A stretch of 50,462 nucleotides of DNA. It comes from an uncultured Candidatus Saccharibacteria bacterium. GTDB taxonomy: Bacteria; Patescibacteriota; Saccharimonadia; Saccharimonadales; Saccharimonadaceae. Positions 29,484 to 40,100 of the stretch are shown one piece after another (within the stretch, counting starts at the first letter, position 1; every line of letters begins with the position of its first letter). Position numbers and translations under genes: made by a program. The stretch is from contig CAZSYG010000001.1 of the NCBI GenBank assembly GCA_964610655.1, positions 1 to 50,462 of the forward strand, read 5' to 3'. The notes beneath the pieces were generated by a model. It did no database searches and was not told where the DNA came from. It saw nothing but the letters and a program-made list of their open reading frames with translations.

Positions 29484-30146
29484 TTATCTTAATGTCCAAA
29501 GTTCAGAATCCAGCGGCCAAGCATTAAACGAGTCGCACCCTCTCAGTCCCGTTGATTGCTGAAGCATTATCGGCGCCGGTCCGCCGTTTTCGCAACTCGT
29601 TTCGTGATTATAATGTCCGAGCCAATGCCCGACTTCGTGATTAACAACCATGTGTTGATAATCTCGCTGACCCATTCCCGCGCTTCGACTCGCCTCCGTC
29701 CCCTCGCGCCACCTTTCGTCGTTAATGATTACTTCATTATTCCACGTCGTGCAAGATAAATCTCCCGAACATCCTGCCGTCGCGTCGAGCGACGCCGCGT
29801 CTGAAAGAATAATGTTTAAATCTTGCCCCGATTTAACTTCAACAAATTTTAATCCCGCCCGTTTCCATCCTCTCGCGTCGTTTAGTGTCTCGCTAACCTT
29901 TCCTTTAAAATCGGAAAAATCTGCCACGACCGTCCCCCAAGTCAGTGTCTTATAATAAATCACTTTTTCGCCGTTAACCTCGTGCGCCTTCGCCGTCCCC
30001 GTCGAAAGCGTGTTCGTCCCGTTTGGATTCTGCGCGACCGAAACTTTTACTAAAATTTTTTCCTTAAATCTTTCCGGAACCGGAATCGAAACGACTTCGC
30101 TCGTTGCCTCAGCGATAAAACTTTGCGCGTCTATATTAAAAATCAT
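29484..30146 (-). CDS. DUF3152-like zinc metalloprotease
   Basis: LNDARGW, INDERW, NHEVGHWLGH, APIMLQQS. Confidence 0.8.
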   Translation of the reverse strand: MIFNIDAQSFIAEATSEVVSIPVPERFKEKILVKVSVAQNPNGTNTLSTGTAKAHEVNGEKVIYYKTLTWGTVVADFSDFKGKVSETLNDARGWKRAGLKFVEVKSGQDLNIILSDAASLDATAGCSGDLSCTTWNNEVIINDERWREGTEASRSAGMGQRDYQHMVVNHEVGHWLGHYNHETSCENGGPAPIMLQQSTGLRGCDSFNAWPLDSELWTLR

Positions 30147-30168
30147 ACTTTTATTATATAATGAAATT

Positions 30169-30765
30169 ATGCTAATGAGTGGACTAAACCTACTTAACTT
30201 TCCAGTTTTAAGTCTTCATGTCGGTGGCCCTATCGCGAAAACTTCTCGCGCCGTTATCGACCCAGATACCCTTAAAATCATCGCCTACGAAGTCCTCCCG
30301 ACCAATCTTCTCGACGAAGAAGCCGGCAACATTCTCGAAACTCGTGATATTCGCGAATTTGCGAATATCGGAATGATTGTTGACTCTAGTGACACCTTTG
30401 TCGATCGCGGCGATGTTATAAAACTTGATAAAATCCTCGATTTAAACTTTGACTTAATCGGCCTCAAGGTTGAAACAAAAAAGGGAACTAAACTCGGAAA
30501 GGTAATCGACTATACCGTTAATACCGACAATTTCTCCATCCCTCAATTCATCGTTAAGCGTCCTGCGATGAAATCGCTAATTGACCCCGAACTCGTTATC
30601 TCCCGAAAAGAAATTGTCGAAGTGACCGACTACAAAATCATCGTTAAAGACGAAGAAGAAAAAATAAAGCAACGCGCCCTAAAAGAAGATTTTATCCCGA
30701 ACTTTGTCAATCCTTTCCGCGAGCCCGACTTCTCCGCCTCACGTTTCAAACACGAAAAAGACTAA
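30169..30765 (+). CDS. PRC-barrel domain protein
   Basis: LIGLKVETKKGTKLGKVIDY; TATAAT 6 nt before the ATG. Confidence 0.75.
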   Translation: MLMSGLNLLNFPVLSLHVGGPIAKTSRAVIDPDTLKIIAYEVLPTNLLDEEAGNILETRDIREFANIGMIVDSSDTFVDRGDVIKLDKILDLNFDLIGLKVETKKGTKLGKVIDYTVNTDNFSIPQFIVKRPAMKSLIDPELVISRKEIVEVTDYKIIVKDEEEKIKQRALKEDFIPNFVNPFREPDFSASRFKHEKD

Positions 30766-31653
30766 TTATAATCTAAATTCATTTTTGTTGAGTTTAACTA
30801 ACTTATCTTCTGGTAAGTTAAACTTTTTTCCGCTCCGATAAGTTTTAATCGCGTTCAGAAAATCCATTAGTTGCGGTCGCGTGGCGGAAATGTTGGCTCT
30901 TATGGTTATGTAGCGTAAAAACTCAAGACTTGACTTTTCGTCGAGACTATGGAACCAATTTCGTTCATAAACTCGATTTTCCGGCAAAATACTTTCTAAA
31001 ATTTTTTCAACTTCTCGTTTAATTTCTTTTTCTTGAACCCAAAGTTGAAAAACTTGACCTTTAGTTTTAAAATCTAGACTTCGTGTTTTTTCGCGGAGTC
31101 GATTACGCAGATAATCGTCCGAAGAGTTCGTCGGGTCTTCTCGAAAAACAATTTTTTTCTCCGCCGCGTATTTTAAAATTGCTTTTTTATCAAAAAGTTT
31201 AAATCCAAATTCTTCTGGGCTAAAAAATCCATCAATCAACGGTCGTCGAATCCCGAAGCTAGAAAAAGACGCGAGCCCTCGCCAACCCGTCCCGCGTAAA
31301 AAATTTATCGCAATCGTTTCGATTAAATCGTCTAAATGGTGCGCCGTAAAAATTTCCCCGCGTTCTTTAAATGCAACTTCGCGCAAAAATTTATAACGCT
31401 CCTCCCGCGCTTTTTCTTCCGAAACTCCTGCGCCCAATTTCGCTTCACCATAATAACTTTTAATCCCGTTTTCTTTCGCTTTTTTCAGAACAAATTCCGC
31501 ATCTGTCTTCGCGCTCTCCCGCGTTCCGTGATTAAACGTTGCGACGACTAGCTCATCTCGCTTAATTTTTCCCGCCAAAACTTCGCCCAACATCATATCG
31601 AGCATCACCATCGAATCCATCCCCCCGCTCACTGCTAAAACTTTTTTCACCAT
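30766..31653 (-). CDS. tilS: tRNA(Ile)-lysidine synthase
   Basis: AVSGGMDS, NHGTR, AREERY, TAHHLDD, RPL, EDPTN, RNRLR. Confidence 0.95.
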   Translation of the reverse strand: MVKKVLAVSGGMDSMVMLDMMLGEVLAGKIKRDELVVATFNHGTRESAKTDAEFVLKKAKENGIKSYYGEAKLGAGVSEEKAREERYKFLREVAFKERGEIFTAHHLDDLIETIAINFLRGTGWRGLASFSSFGIRRPLIDGFFSPEEFGFKLFDKKAILKYAAEKKIVFREDPTNSSDDYLRNRLREKTRSLDFKTKGQVFQLWVQEKEIKREVEKILESILPENRVYERNWFHSLDEKSSLEFLRYITIRANISATRPQLMDFLNAIKTYRSGKKFNLPEDKLVKLNKNEFRL

Positions 31654-31677
31654 ATATTATATATATTATTATAAATT

Positions 31678-31740
31678 ATAATCCAAAATCAAAATCCGCC
31701 CCACTATAATTTTTGACTCATAATCCAAAATCAAAATCCG
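31678..31740 (+). repeat. 21-bp direct repeat ATAATCCAAAATCAAAATCCG
   Basis: Exact copies at 31678-31698 and 31720-31740. Confidence 0.85.
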
Positions 31741-31816
31741 AATTCACTTCGGTTTTGATTTTAATCCTAAAGTTCTTTCGTTGGGACTTTCTTTCTAAGA
31801 AAGTCCCAGACTCTTT

Positions 31817-32229
31817 AAAAATCGGGGGGAGAGGGGAACCGAGCGGGAACCCTCTCTCCGGCCAACAGGACTACTACCGAGCCACGCAGCGAACCGCGAA
31901 CCCGTTGCCCTTGTTGTTGTTGTTCTGTGGGTTGAGGTTTCTGCCGTTGAAGTTCAAGTTGCGAGCGTTCGTTGTGGATGAAGCATACGAGGACCAGAAG
32001 TTGCCGTTGCTGCCGCGATTGTTGAGGCCGCCATTATTGAAGTTGTAGTTGCCGCTTCTTATCTCGCGACAGGGTAGAGCCCAAGGAACATCTTTACTAA
32101 TATTTTTCTCGTAAGATAAATATAGATATGGTCTTTATTTCTTAAAAGAGTGTTCCGCGATTTTTATCATTCTACCTTTAGAGTTAGCGTTCTCTCACCG
32201 GATTAAAACGATTTTCCAAAAGTAGATGC
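31817..32229 (-). ncRNA. Putative stand-alone DGR template RNA, cassette 2
   Basis: Minus-strand TATAAT at 32241-32236; same leader stems, template repeat and 3' hairpin as cassette 1. Confidence 0.8.
31874..32062 (-). repeat. DGR template repeat TR2
   Basis: Reads IRSGNYNFNNGGLNNRGSNGNFWSSYASSTTNARNLNFNGRNLNPQNNNNKGNGFAVRCVAR*; 19 of 62 codons are AAY; no ATG/GTG/TTG between it and the upstream in-frame TAA. Confidence 0.85.
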
Positions 32230-32293
32230 ATATATATTATAACTCTACTCGTCTCCCTTTTTAAACCTCTGTTTTTATGCTATAATATATATT

Positions 32294-34075
32294 ATGGATC
32301 TCTCGAAAATTCGTAATTTTTGTATTATTGCCCATATTGACCACGGAAAATCTACTCTCGCCGACCGCATGATGGAAATCACCGGAACTGTCTCGAAACG
32401 CGAAATGAAGGCCCAACTTCTCGATTCAATGGATTTGGAGCGCGAAAAGGGAATCACCATTAAACTCGCGCCAGTCCAAATGTCCTATAAGGGTTACGAA
32501 TTGAACTTAATTGATACTCCGGGTCATGTCGATTTTAGCTACGAAGTTTCTCGCTCGCTTCAAGCTGTCGAAACTGCGATTCTCGTCGTTGACGCGACTC
32601 AAGGAATTCAGGCCCAAACTCTCGCGAACGTCTATCTCGCGCTTGAACAAGATTTATATATTATCCCCGTCATCAACAAAATCGACCTCCCCGCCGCCGA
32701 CATCGAAAAAGTTAAAAAAGAAATTATTAACCTCCTCGGTTGCTCCGAATCCGACATCATCGGCGTCTCCGCGAAGACCGGCCTTAACGTCGAACGTGTC
32801 CTCGACGCCATCATCGAAAAAAGCCCTTGCCCTAATGCAACCGCAAGGCGCAATGAACTAAGAGCTCTCATCTTCGACTCTTATTTCGATGACTACCGCG
32901 GCGTCGTTCTCTACGTCCGCGTCTTTAACGGCTCTCTCCCGAAAAACTCCGAAATCCATATGCTCGCCAACAACTCCAACGGTCTTGCTCTTGAAGTCGG
33001 AAAACTTACCCCGAAAATGTCCCCGAAAGATTCTCTAAACGAAGGCGAAATCGGCTATATCGTCACGAACTTAAAAACAACTCGCGAAGCCAAAGTCGGC
33101 GATACCGTAACTTTAAAAAAATCTCCCGCGGCCTCTCCGCTTTCCGGCTACAAAAACGTCCTCCCGTTTGTTTATGCCGGTTTCTTCCCCGTTTCTAATG
33201 ACCAATATAAAACCTTAAAAGACGCAATCGAAAAACTTGCCCTCTCCGACTCTGCTCTCGCTTTCGAGCCGGAAAACTCTCCTGTCCTCGGTTTTGGTCT
33301 CCGTATTGGTTTTCTAGGATTGCTTCATATGGACATTATTCGCGAGAGGCTAGAGCGCGAATTTAATCTCGACTTAGTCATCACGAACCCCTCGACCAAT
33401 TACCAAGTCATCCTAAATTCCGGCGAAGAACTCGAAATCAAATCCGCCGCCGATCTTCCTGATATGAGCGAAGTTCTAGAAATTCGCGAACCTTGGGTTA
33501 AAGGCGAAATTATTTTACCAAAAACCATGATTGGCGGAGTTTTAAACTTAATTGTCGAAAAACGTGGCGTCCAAAAAAACTTGAGCTATCTCGAAGACCG
33601 CGCGATTATTGATTTTGAGGCGCCCATGGCGAATCTCCTTACCGATTTTTATGACCAACTAAAATCTATTACCTCCGGCTATGCTTCCTTTAACTACGAG
33701 CTTGCGGATTATCGTGCCGAAGACCTTGTTCGGGTCGATTTTCTCGTTTCGGGTCAAAAAATTGACGCGCTCGCGATTATGTGTCATCGTTCCGAAGCTG
33801 ACGCGATCGGTCGAACCGTAACGAAAAAGTTAAAAGAAGTTATTCCGCGCCAAAATTTCGAGGTCGCTCTCCAAGCCGCTATCGGCTCTCGGATTCTTGC
33901 CCGCGAAACTATCGGCGCCTACCGAAAAGATGTTACCGTAAAAATCCATACCGGCGACCGCGATCGCAAAGCGAAACTCCTCGAAAAACAAAAACGCGGC
34001 AAAGCTCGCATGAAACGTTTTGGTAAAATTGATATTCCGTCCGAAGCGTTTACGGTTATGCTAAAGCGCGACTAA
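32294..34075 (+). CDS. lepA: Elongation factor 4
   Basis: IRNFCIIAHIDHGKSTLADR, DTPGHVDF, GFLGLLHM, KLLEKQK. Confidence 0.98.
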   Translation: MDLSKIRNFCIIAHIDHGKSTLADRMMEITGTVSKREMKAQLLDSMDLEREKGITIKLAPVQMSYKGYELNLIDTPGHVDFSYEVSRSLQAVETAILVVDATQGIQAQTLANVYLALEQDLYIIPVINKIDLPAADIEKVKKEIINLLGCSESDIIGVSAKTGLNVERVLDAIIEKSPCPNATARRNELRALIFDSYFDDYRGVVLYVRVFNGSLPKNSEIHMLANNSNGLALEVGKLTPKMSPKDSLNEGEIGYIVTNLKTTREAKVGDTVTLKKSPAASPLSGYKNVLPFVYAGFFPVSNDQYKTLKDAIEKLALSDSALAFEPENSPVLGFGLRIGFLGLLHMDIIRERLEREFNLDLVITNPSTNYQVILNSGEELEIKSAADLPDMSEVLEIREPWVKGEIILPKTMIGGVLNLIVEKRGVQKNLSYLEDRAIIDFEAPMANLLTDFYDQLKSITSGYASFNYELADYRAEDLVRVDFLVSGQKIDALAIMCHRSEADAIGRTVTKKLKEVIPRQNFEVALQAAIGSRILARETIGAYRKDVTVKIHTGDRDRKAKLLEKQKRGKARMKRFGKIDIPSEAFTVMLKRD

Positions 34076-34077
34076 CT

Positions 34078-34749
34078 TTAGAAAAATCTTTCCTCGTAGC
34101 CTAAGTTTCTCGCTTCCATAATTTTCCTTTGGGAAAAATCATACAACCGGTTAATTAGTTCTATATAAACTTCCTCTTTTTCCATATCCGCTTTAACTTC
34201 AACCAAAAGTCCCAACTTTCGATACGTCAAAAGAACCGGCAAAGTTTTATTCCTAAATTCCTCGATTCGCGTTTGGAAAATTTCCAAACTCGAATCGTCT
34301 TTTCTCTCCCCGCGGTCATTATTAAATGAAACCGCCTGAAATCTTTTTGTGACATCCGCTTCCGAGACGTTTAAAATAATCGCTACCTTAATCTCATGCC
34401 CAGCCTTTTTTGCGGTCTCAATTACAGTTTCTTCCTCTCCGCTCCATCTCCCAATCGACGACAAAACCAACGGAAAATCTTTTAATTCCGGTTTAGAAAA
34501 ATACGGTAAAATCCATTTATAAAAAATATCCGAGTCGATTAACTTTCCCTCGCCAGTTAAATCCTTATTCTCTAGCGCTTCCATCGAGCGAATAATTAGC
34601 CCGCTCGATAAAAATTTTCCCTCTAAAGCCTCAGCTAACTTTACTCCGACCGTATCTTTTCCCGACATCGGCAGCCCAAACACATTAACGGATCCCGTCC
34701 CCAACCAATTTCTAATTGCTAAAATTTTCTGCGCTAAATCACTATTCAT
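34078..34749 (-). CDS. adk: Adenylate kinase-like NMP kinase
   Basis: P-loop GLPMSGKDT, SSGLIIR, RKDD, no zinc lid. Confidence 0.75.
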   Translation of the reverse strand: MNSDLAQKILAIRNWLGTGSVNVFGLPMSGKDTVGVKLAEALEGKFLSSGLIIRSMEALENKDLTGEGKLIDSDIFYKWILPYFSKPELKDFPLVLSSIGRWSGEEETVIETAKKAGHEIKVAIILNVSEADVTKRFQAVSFNNDRGERKDDSSLEIFQTRIEEFRNKTLPVLLTYRKLGLLVEVKADMEKEEVYIELINRLYDFSQRKIMEARNLGYEERFF

Positions 34750-35063
34750 ATATATAATATATCATATTTAGTAACGTATTCGACTACCTGCATCTCTCTA
34801 TAACTAAAAATAAACCCATAAGGGTTTATAATCTTATCGCTAAATCTGGCAAAGGACGTCACTTTTGAAACATGTTAACGCTTTCCTCTCTCCTGTGTTA
34901 TTTTATTTTTACCGTGTATGCAATCTTTCCCGCGTAGCGGTTGGTGTTGAGTTGGTGAAGGGCGTCCCATATGAACCGTACTGAACCGTACCCTACATTT
35001 CGGACATTTTCCACACGGTGTACCCCATTTTTCGGACACTTCAGTTTTCGCTTATATATGATT

Positions 35064-35966
35064 CTAATTCCTCTTTCCTAGAATAAAGGTGATAGAAGGA
35101 AACAAGCTTGTCTTGTCACCAGTTTGTGGATAGAGAAGTTTAGCCTCATTCCGGAGATAAACAGTTATAAGCAAAATATATAATACGATAATAAAATTAT
35201 AATCCGTAGTTAACTGCAGCAGGACCATTGGTTTCAATATATTCTCATTTGGGAATAGGATGATTACTACACAATTAATGAGAAGGATTACAATGGAATA
35301 GAAATTCCATTTGACATTATTCCATGTTAAACAAAACAATTCTTTTGCTGCTTGCGAATTATTATGTTTTGATCGTTCAATTAGTTTTGCAAGGAAGAAA
35401 CGCTTGTCGCGATAATAACCAGCCTTATTCCATATATAACCTAATACAAAGCCAATTACTGTGATAACCGCGATAAACGAAATCCAGTTGTTAATACTCT
35501 TTGTATATGCAATGGACAAATAAATAGAAATTGCTATAGGTAGGATGGTATAATAACGACGTCCTGCAACATGGATTTTCTTTAAAGCGTCAATCAATTC
35601 GCCCTTATTTGAAATGAGGTCTTGAATTTTGTCGTCTGTAGATTTAGAGTAATCCTGCACCCAAAAAAGAAAAAGTCTAATGAAATGCAGTATAAAGTAT
35701 AATGTAACAAGTATTACCAGAAAACTTGGGAGAAAAATTAATAGTAAAGGATTTTGTATTTTTGTTATATCTTTGATGAAAAATCTAGAAAGCATCGCGA
35801 TTAGTTCCATAGAATAGACTGTGATAGCACACTCAAACAATATATGAAAAATGGCTTCTTTAGCAAAGCCTATATACATGCCGAGATCTCCTTGAGTACG
35901 CATCTGTTCGAGCAAATCATATGTTGTAAGGCGCTTATGCTCGCACTCGTTCTTTATATTATCCAT
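35064..35966 (-). CDS. AT-rich multi-pass membrane protein (cargo)
   Basis: About 6 TMs; GAGG upstream. Confidence 0.7.
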   Translation of the reverse strand: MDNIKNECEHKRLTTYDLLEQMRTQGDLGMYIGFAKEAIFHILFECAITVYSMELIAMLSRFFIKDITKIQNPLLLIFLPSFLVILVTLYFILHFIRLFLFWVQDYSKSTDDKIQDLISNKGELIDALKKIHVAGRRYYTILPIAISIYLSIAYTKSINNWISFIAVITVIGFVLGYIWNKAGYYRDKRFFLAKLIERSKHNNSQAAKELFCLTWNNVKWNFYSIVILLINCVVIILFPNENILKPMVLLQLTTDYNFIIVLYILLITVYLRNEAKLLYPQTGDKTSLFPSITFILGKRN

Positions 35967-36013
35967 TTGAATTGACCTCTCATGTTTATTGCATCTATAA
36001 TCTTGTCAACTTG

Positions 36014-36976
36014 TCACTTTGTCAATCTCCAGTAGGTAATACCACCTTTGGAGAATGAGACCGCTCCGATTTTCTTCATCGCCCGACGTACCGTCCGATC
36101 TCCGATGCCCTCGGCTTCACACTCCACAAATATATCCTCTATCGGCATCGGCCCATTCTCCAGCATATCCCTTAGAATCGACGATGCTTGCTCAAGCTTC
36201 GTCTGGAAGGGACATTCCTCCGTTTCCAATTCATCGCACTCCTCGAAGGATAGAACGCGGTTTTCGTCCAACACCAGCGCCAGCGGCGTATAGTCCGCCT
36301 CATCGAAGTTGCTCTTGATTGCCCGAAGATACCGTCTCGCCCGGTCGTTTTTATCCATCCCGACCAGCAGGATTGAACGAACAGAGGCGGCGATGTCGGC
36401 AGATCCGAGTCCTCGGTGGATATCCTTGCTGGCTTCATTTTTGTTGAGATGACCGACGAGGACGATAGCACAACCAGTATTCTTCGCTACATTGGAAAGC
36501 ATCGTAAATATCGCCCTCATCTTCGAGACGTTACCCATGTGAGTCCCTGATGGCAGAAAGGATTGGAACGGATCAATGATAAAGAGTCGGGCTTTCGTCT
36601 CCGATATGATCGCCGTCACTTCTTCTTCGTTTAGGGTAATATGATGCTCCAGTTCGCCGCTATAAGCGAAGCGATTGATATCCCCGCTATTGCGGAGGAA
36701 CCGAGGGATGGTGGAATCGGCAATCTCGTCCTCATTTGAGGCATAAAATATCGTAATCGGCTCGACTCGCTGTTCTTCCAGCAAATGACCGTTCACCAGA
36801 GCCGGAGGTTGGATTCCCCGCGAAAGCATAGCGGCAACAGCCAAGATTGCCGTCGTCTTCCCCTCGCCACCGTCTCCCTCTATGATAGTCACCTTCCCAT
36901 AGGGGATAAAAGGTTTCCAGAGCCAATCAACCGTTCTAATCTCGGTTTCTCTCGCCCACCGAACTACATGCGCCAT
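36014..36976 (-). CDS. AAA_25/RepA-like RecA-fold ATPase with C-terminal wHTH
   Basis: VDWLWKPFIPYGKVTIIEGDGGEGKT, IIDP, GHLNK, GSADI. Confidence 0.85.
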   Translation of the reverse strand: MAHVVRWARETEIRTVDWLWKPFIPYGKVTIIEGDGGEGKTTAILAVAAMLSRGIQPPALVNGHLLEEQRVEPITIFYASNEDEIADSTIPRFLRNSGDINRFAYSGELEHHITLNEEEVTAIISETKARLFIIDPFQSFLPSGTHMGNVSKMRAIFTMLSNVAKNTGCAIVLVGHLNKNEASKDIHRGLGSADIAASVRSILLVGMDKNDRARRYLRAIKSNFDEADYTPLALVLDENRVLSFEECDELETEECPFQTKLEQASSILRDMLENGPMPIEDIFVECEAEGIGDRTVRRAMKKIGAVSFSKGGITYWRLTK

Positions 36977-37011
36977 ATTGTTTCCCCCAAGAGAATATCA
37001 GCTTGTACTGC

Positions 37012-37070
37012 TGATATTATATCAGAAATCTGGCCCAAAAGCAAAAATAGCCGGGGTTCTGTCGCCCGGC
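37012..37070 (-). promoter_or_regulatory. Terminator-plus-promoter module, copy A
   Basis: Minus strand GCCGGG...CCCGGC hairpin and T-run, then TTGCTT-17 nt-TATAAT. Confidence 0.7.
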
Positions 37071-37108
37071 ATACTTGTAAGTGCTAACCGTCTATTGAAT
37101 TAATACTA

Positions 37109-40100
37109 TTACTGATTGCCCTTGTGGTCTTTTTTTCTACTGTTTCGATCTGAAGCTAATCTCGCCGCTTCAATATTCCGGGTTCTTGCGTGATTTTTAC
37201 TTTTCTTCTCCGTATGATAGCTTGCGCCGTTCATTCTCAGAATTTCCGACAACTTCGACTCTTGGATAATCGCACCAGAGAAATCGCAATCCAATAAATT
37301 GATATACGGAATAGAAATAAACCCAGCGACTGACTTCCTTCGAACGGAAGAAGCGTTTGTCACGTCCCATATTAATATGGTGCCGTCACTTGAAGCGCTG
37401 GCAGCATAGCATCTTCCGTTGATCGCTGGGCTCGCGCTTACATTCCACACAAAGCTCGAATGTTCAGTTTTTACCTCCAGCTGTTTTTTCTGTTGCAAAT
37501 CCCATATACCAATTAGCGCATCCGTTGTGCCGCTGACGAGAAACTGGCCGTTTTGCGATAATGCTGCGCCATAAATAAAATCGGTATGGCGGTTTGGAAA
37601 GTATGCCGGAACTCCTGTAATATTCTGCGTTTCTTTGTCAAATCTATGAGATATTATTCCTCCATCATTAGACGTTGTGATAATCTCATTGCCGTCTTCA
37701 GTCCATAATACTGTGCGGATAGGTTCGCTATGGCCACTTTCAGCTATTTGAATTGAATCGAGCGCCAGCAAATCCCAAAGCACAATTGTGCGGTCATTTC
37801 CGCCACTGACCAGAAAGTATTCGTCTGGAGACACGGCAAGGCTGTAGATTCCTTTGCTGTGACGGGTGGGCAACGCGATCTGAGTATCTGCCTTTCTCTC
37901 CCAAAGAACTAACGTACAATCATCAGAGCCACTCACTATCCTGCCATCCTTCAAACAGACGACCGCGTTCACTGAATCGGTATGCGCATTATGAGACGCT
38001 ATGCATGCTTCGCTTTCATCAGGGCAAGTCGTATCCCAAAGCCGAACAGTCCTATCGTCCGATCCGGATATCAGATGAGTATTATCGTTCATCCACGCGA
38101 CACATTTGACGCTATCCATGTGACCTTCGATTATATTGACGCATCTTTTTGAAGCGGTATCCCATATGCGTATACTCCCATCGTCATATCCAGCGGCTAA
38201 TCTGGAGCCGTCCTTTGACCAGCTGGAGCATCTGGCAGTATTAGGGCATTTGTCGCCAAGCAGAGCGCTTGTAATCTGTTCTCTATTTTCTTCAACCACA
38301 TCAATTGTTATGCGGCAGACTGTCCCGTCCCGGAAACCGCAAATGAGTTCTGTCGCGTCACGATTCCAGCATGCGTTGACAACACGCTGTTTTGAGTAAT
38401 CCAGCAGTCCGTGTGTCCCAATAGCCGCCATTTGGTATCCGTTGTCTACAATAAAACCAGTCTGCATCTCTACCACATTATTGTAGAACAAAGCGATTTT
38501 GTCGCCCTGGGTATCCGAATGCCCAATCGCAACTGCCGAGATATTATTACGACATAAGGGTGGAGCTACTAAAGGCGCGGCTTCCAACTTCATGTCTCCC
38601 GCCATTTCTTTCAGATGGTTCCAGTCAAGCAACCGCAATTCATCTCGTGTAGACACGGCTATAATATAATTATTTATCCAATTCAAAGATGTAATCTCGT
38701 TACTGTCAGCTGAAATCGTACACATGGGCTTTTTTGCTCTCGCGTCCCATATGCATACCAACCCGCTTTTATCCACAGTTGCCAATATACCGAATGATCC
38801 TGGATTCCAGTCGGCAAAAATGACACGATTTTGATGGATTTTTGGAAGCTCTATAGAATTGGCTTTTTGATAAAACAGCTTGACGATCCCTTCCTCGTCG
38901 CCACAGGCAATAGCCCTCCCATCATGGGACCAAGCCATACATCTTATCCAGTGAGCGCAACTGCCTTTTATTTCGGGCTTCCAGCGAGAGGTCTTACTGT
39001 TATACTGCCAAACGCAAAGTTTCTTGTCGTCTCCGGCGCTGGCGATTATATTGTTTTTCGTAGGATGCCACTCCGCACATCTGATATAATGCTGATGGAA
39101 ACGCTTGAGTACAATATTCTTTTCAGAGAGGCGATCCCAAATCCGAATTGAACAGTCGTATGACGCGCTGAGATAACGATTCCCGTTTGGACTCCATGAG
39201 ATTGCCGATACATTCATTCTATGGCCTTTGCCAAAGAAAGTGTTCGACGATAGTTTGCATCCAATAAAGTGGCCTTTGCTATTCCGTAGATCGAGATTGA
39301 TCAATGGTACGTTTGATAAATCCAGCCCACTGAAATTGATCGAATCGGCATTTCTGCCATAAGCCATTCTATACATTTCCAGCATTTTCAGGATAAACTT
39401 CGTATCATGGTCTGTTGCTTTTCGGTGGAGCTCCCACAATTTCTCCCAAACAGTTTCTTTATCTGAAAATCGCGGTTCAGTTTCGAGAAGATTGGCCACA
39501 AAGCCCATGATGTACTGATCAAAGGGTAAAGTCCATTCCACAGGAATCGCTTCATCGGTACTGGTTTCAGCAAGGTTGTAAAGATAAATAGCGGCAAGAC
39601 AGTCCCTGAAATGCTGGTGGACCAGTTGTACTTGACCATCATTGTCATAAAAAAGGCAGAGCGTTTTTACCAGGAGATTATACATATTGTCCCGCAAAAT
39701 AGCATCGGAACCGTTTTGATATTTCATTTCTTGAATATGTAAAGGCAATCGATTATTCTTCGAGTGCGCTTCATATAAATCACAGGCACTGTTGACATAG
39801 GCAATAAAGTCCCTATGGCTTATTATGAATTGATTGTTCTTCGCCATTTCATAGCAAATATACGGAGCGACAAACTCCGCCGCGACACAATAGTCGTAGT
39901 TTCCCGCCTCCGTTTGGTCCCGCAAATAGCTCTCACTTTGGATATAATTCCAGATTATTGAACCGGGGTTTTTGTTTTCCCTCCAGTCGCCGGTAGTATG
40001 CTGATATTTTTGCTTGAAGGCTTCAAATTTTGCAAAGAGTATAAGCATGAGTGGCGTGTCGATAACGTTCCACAAATTGTCCTGCGGTGGAGGAAGCATA

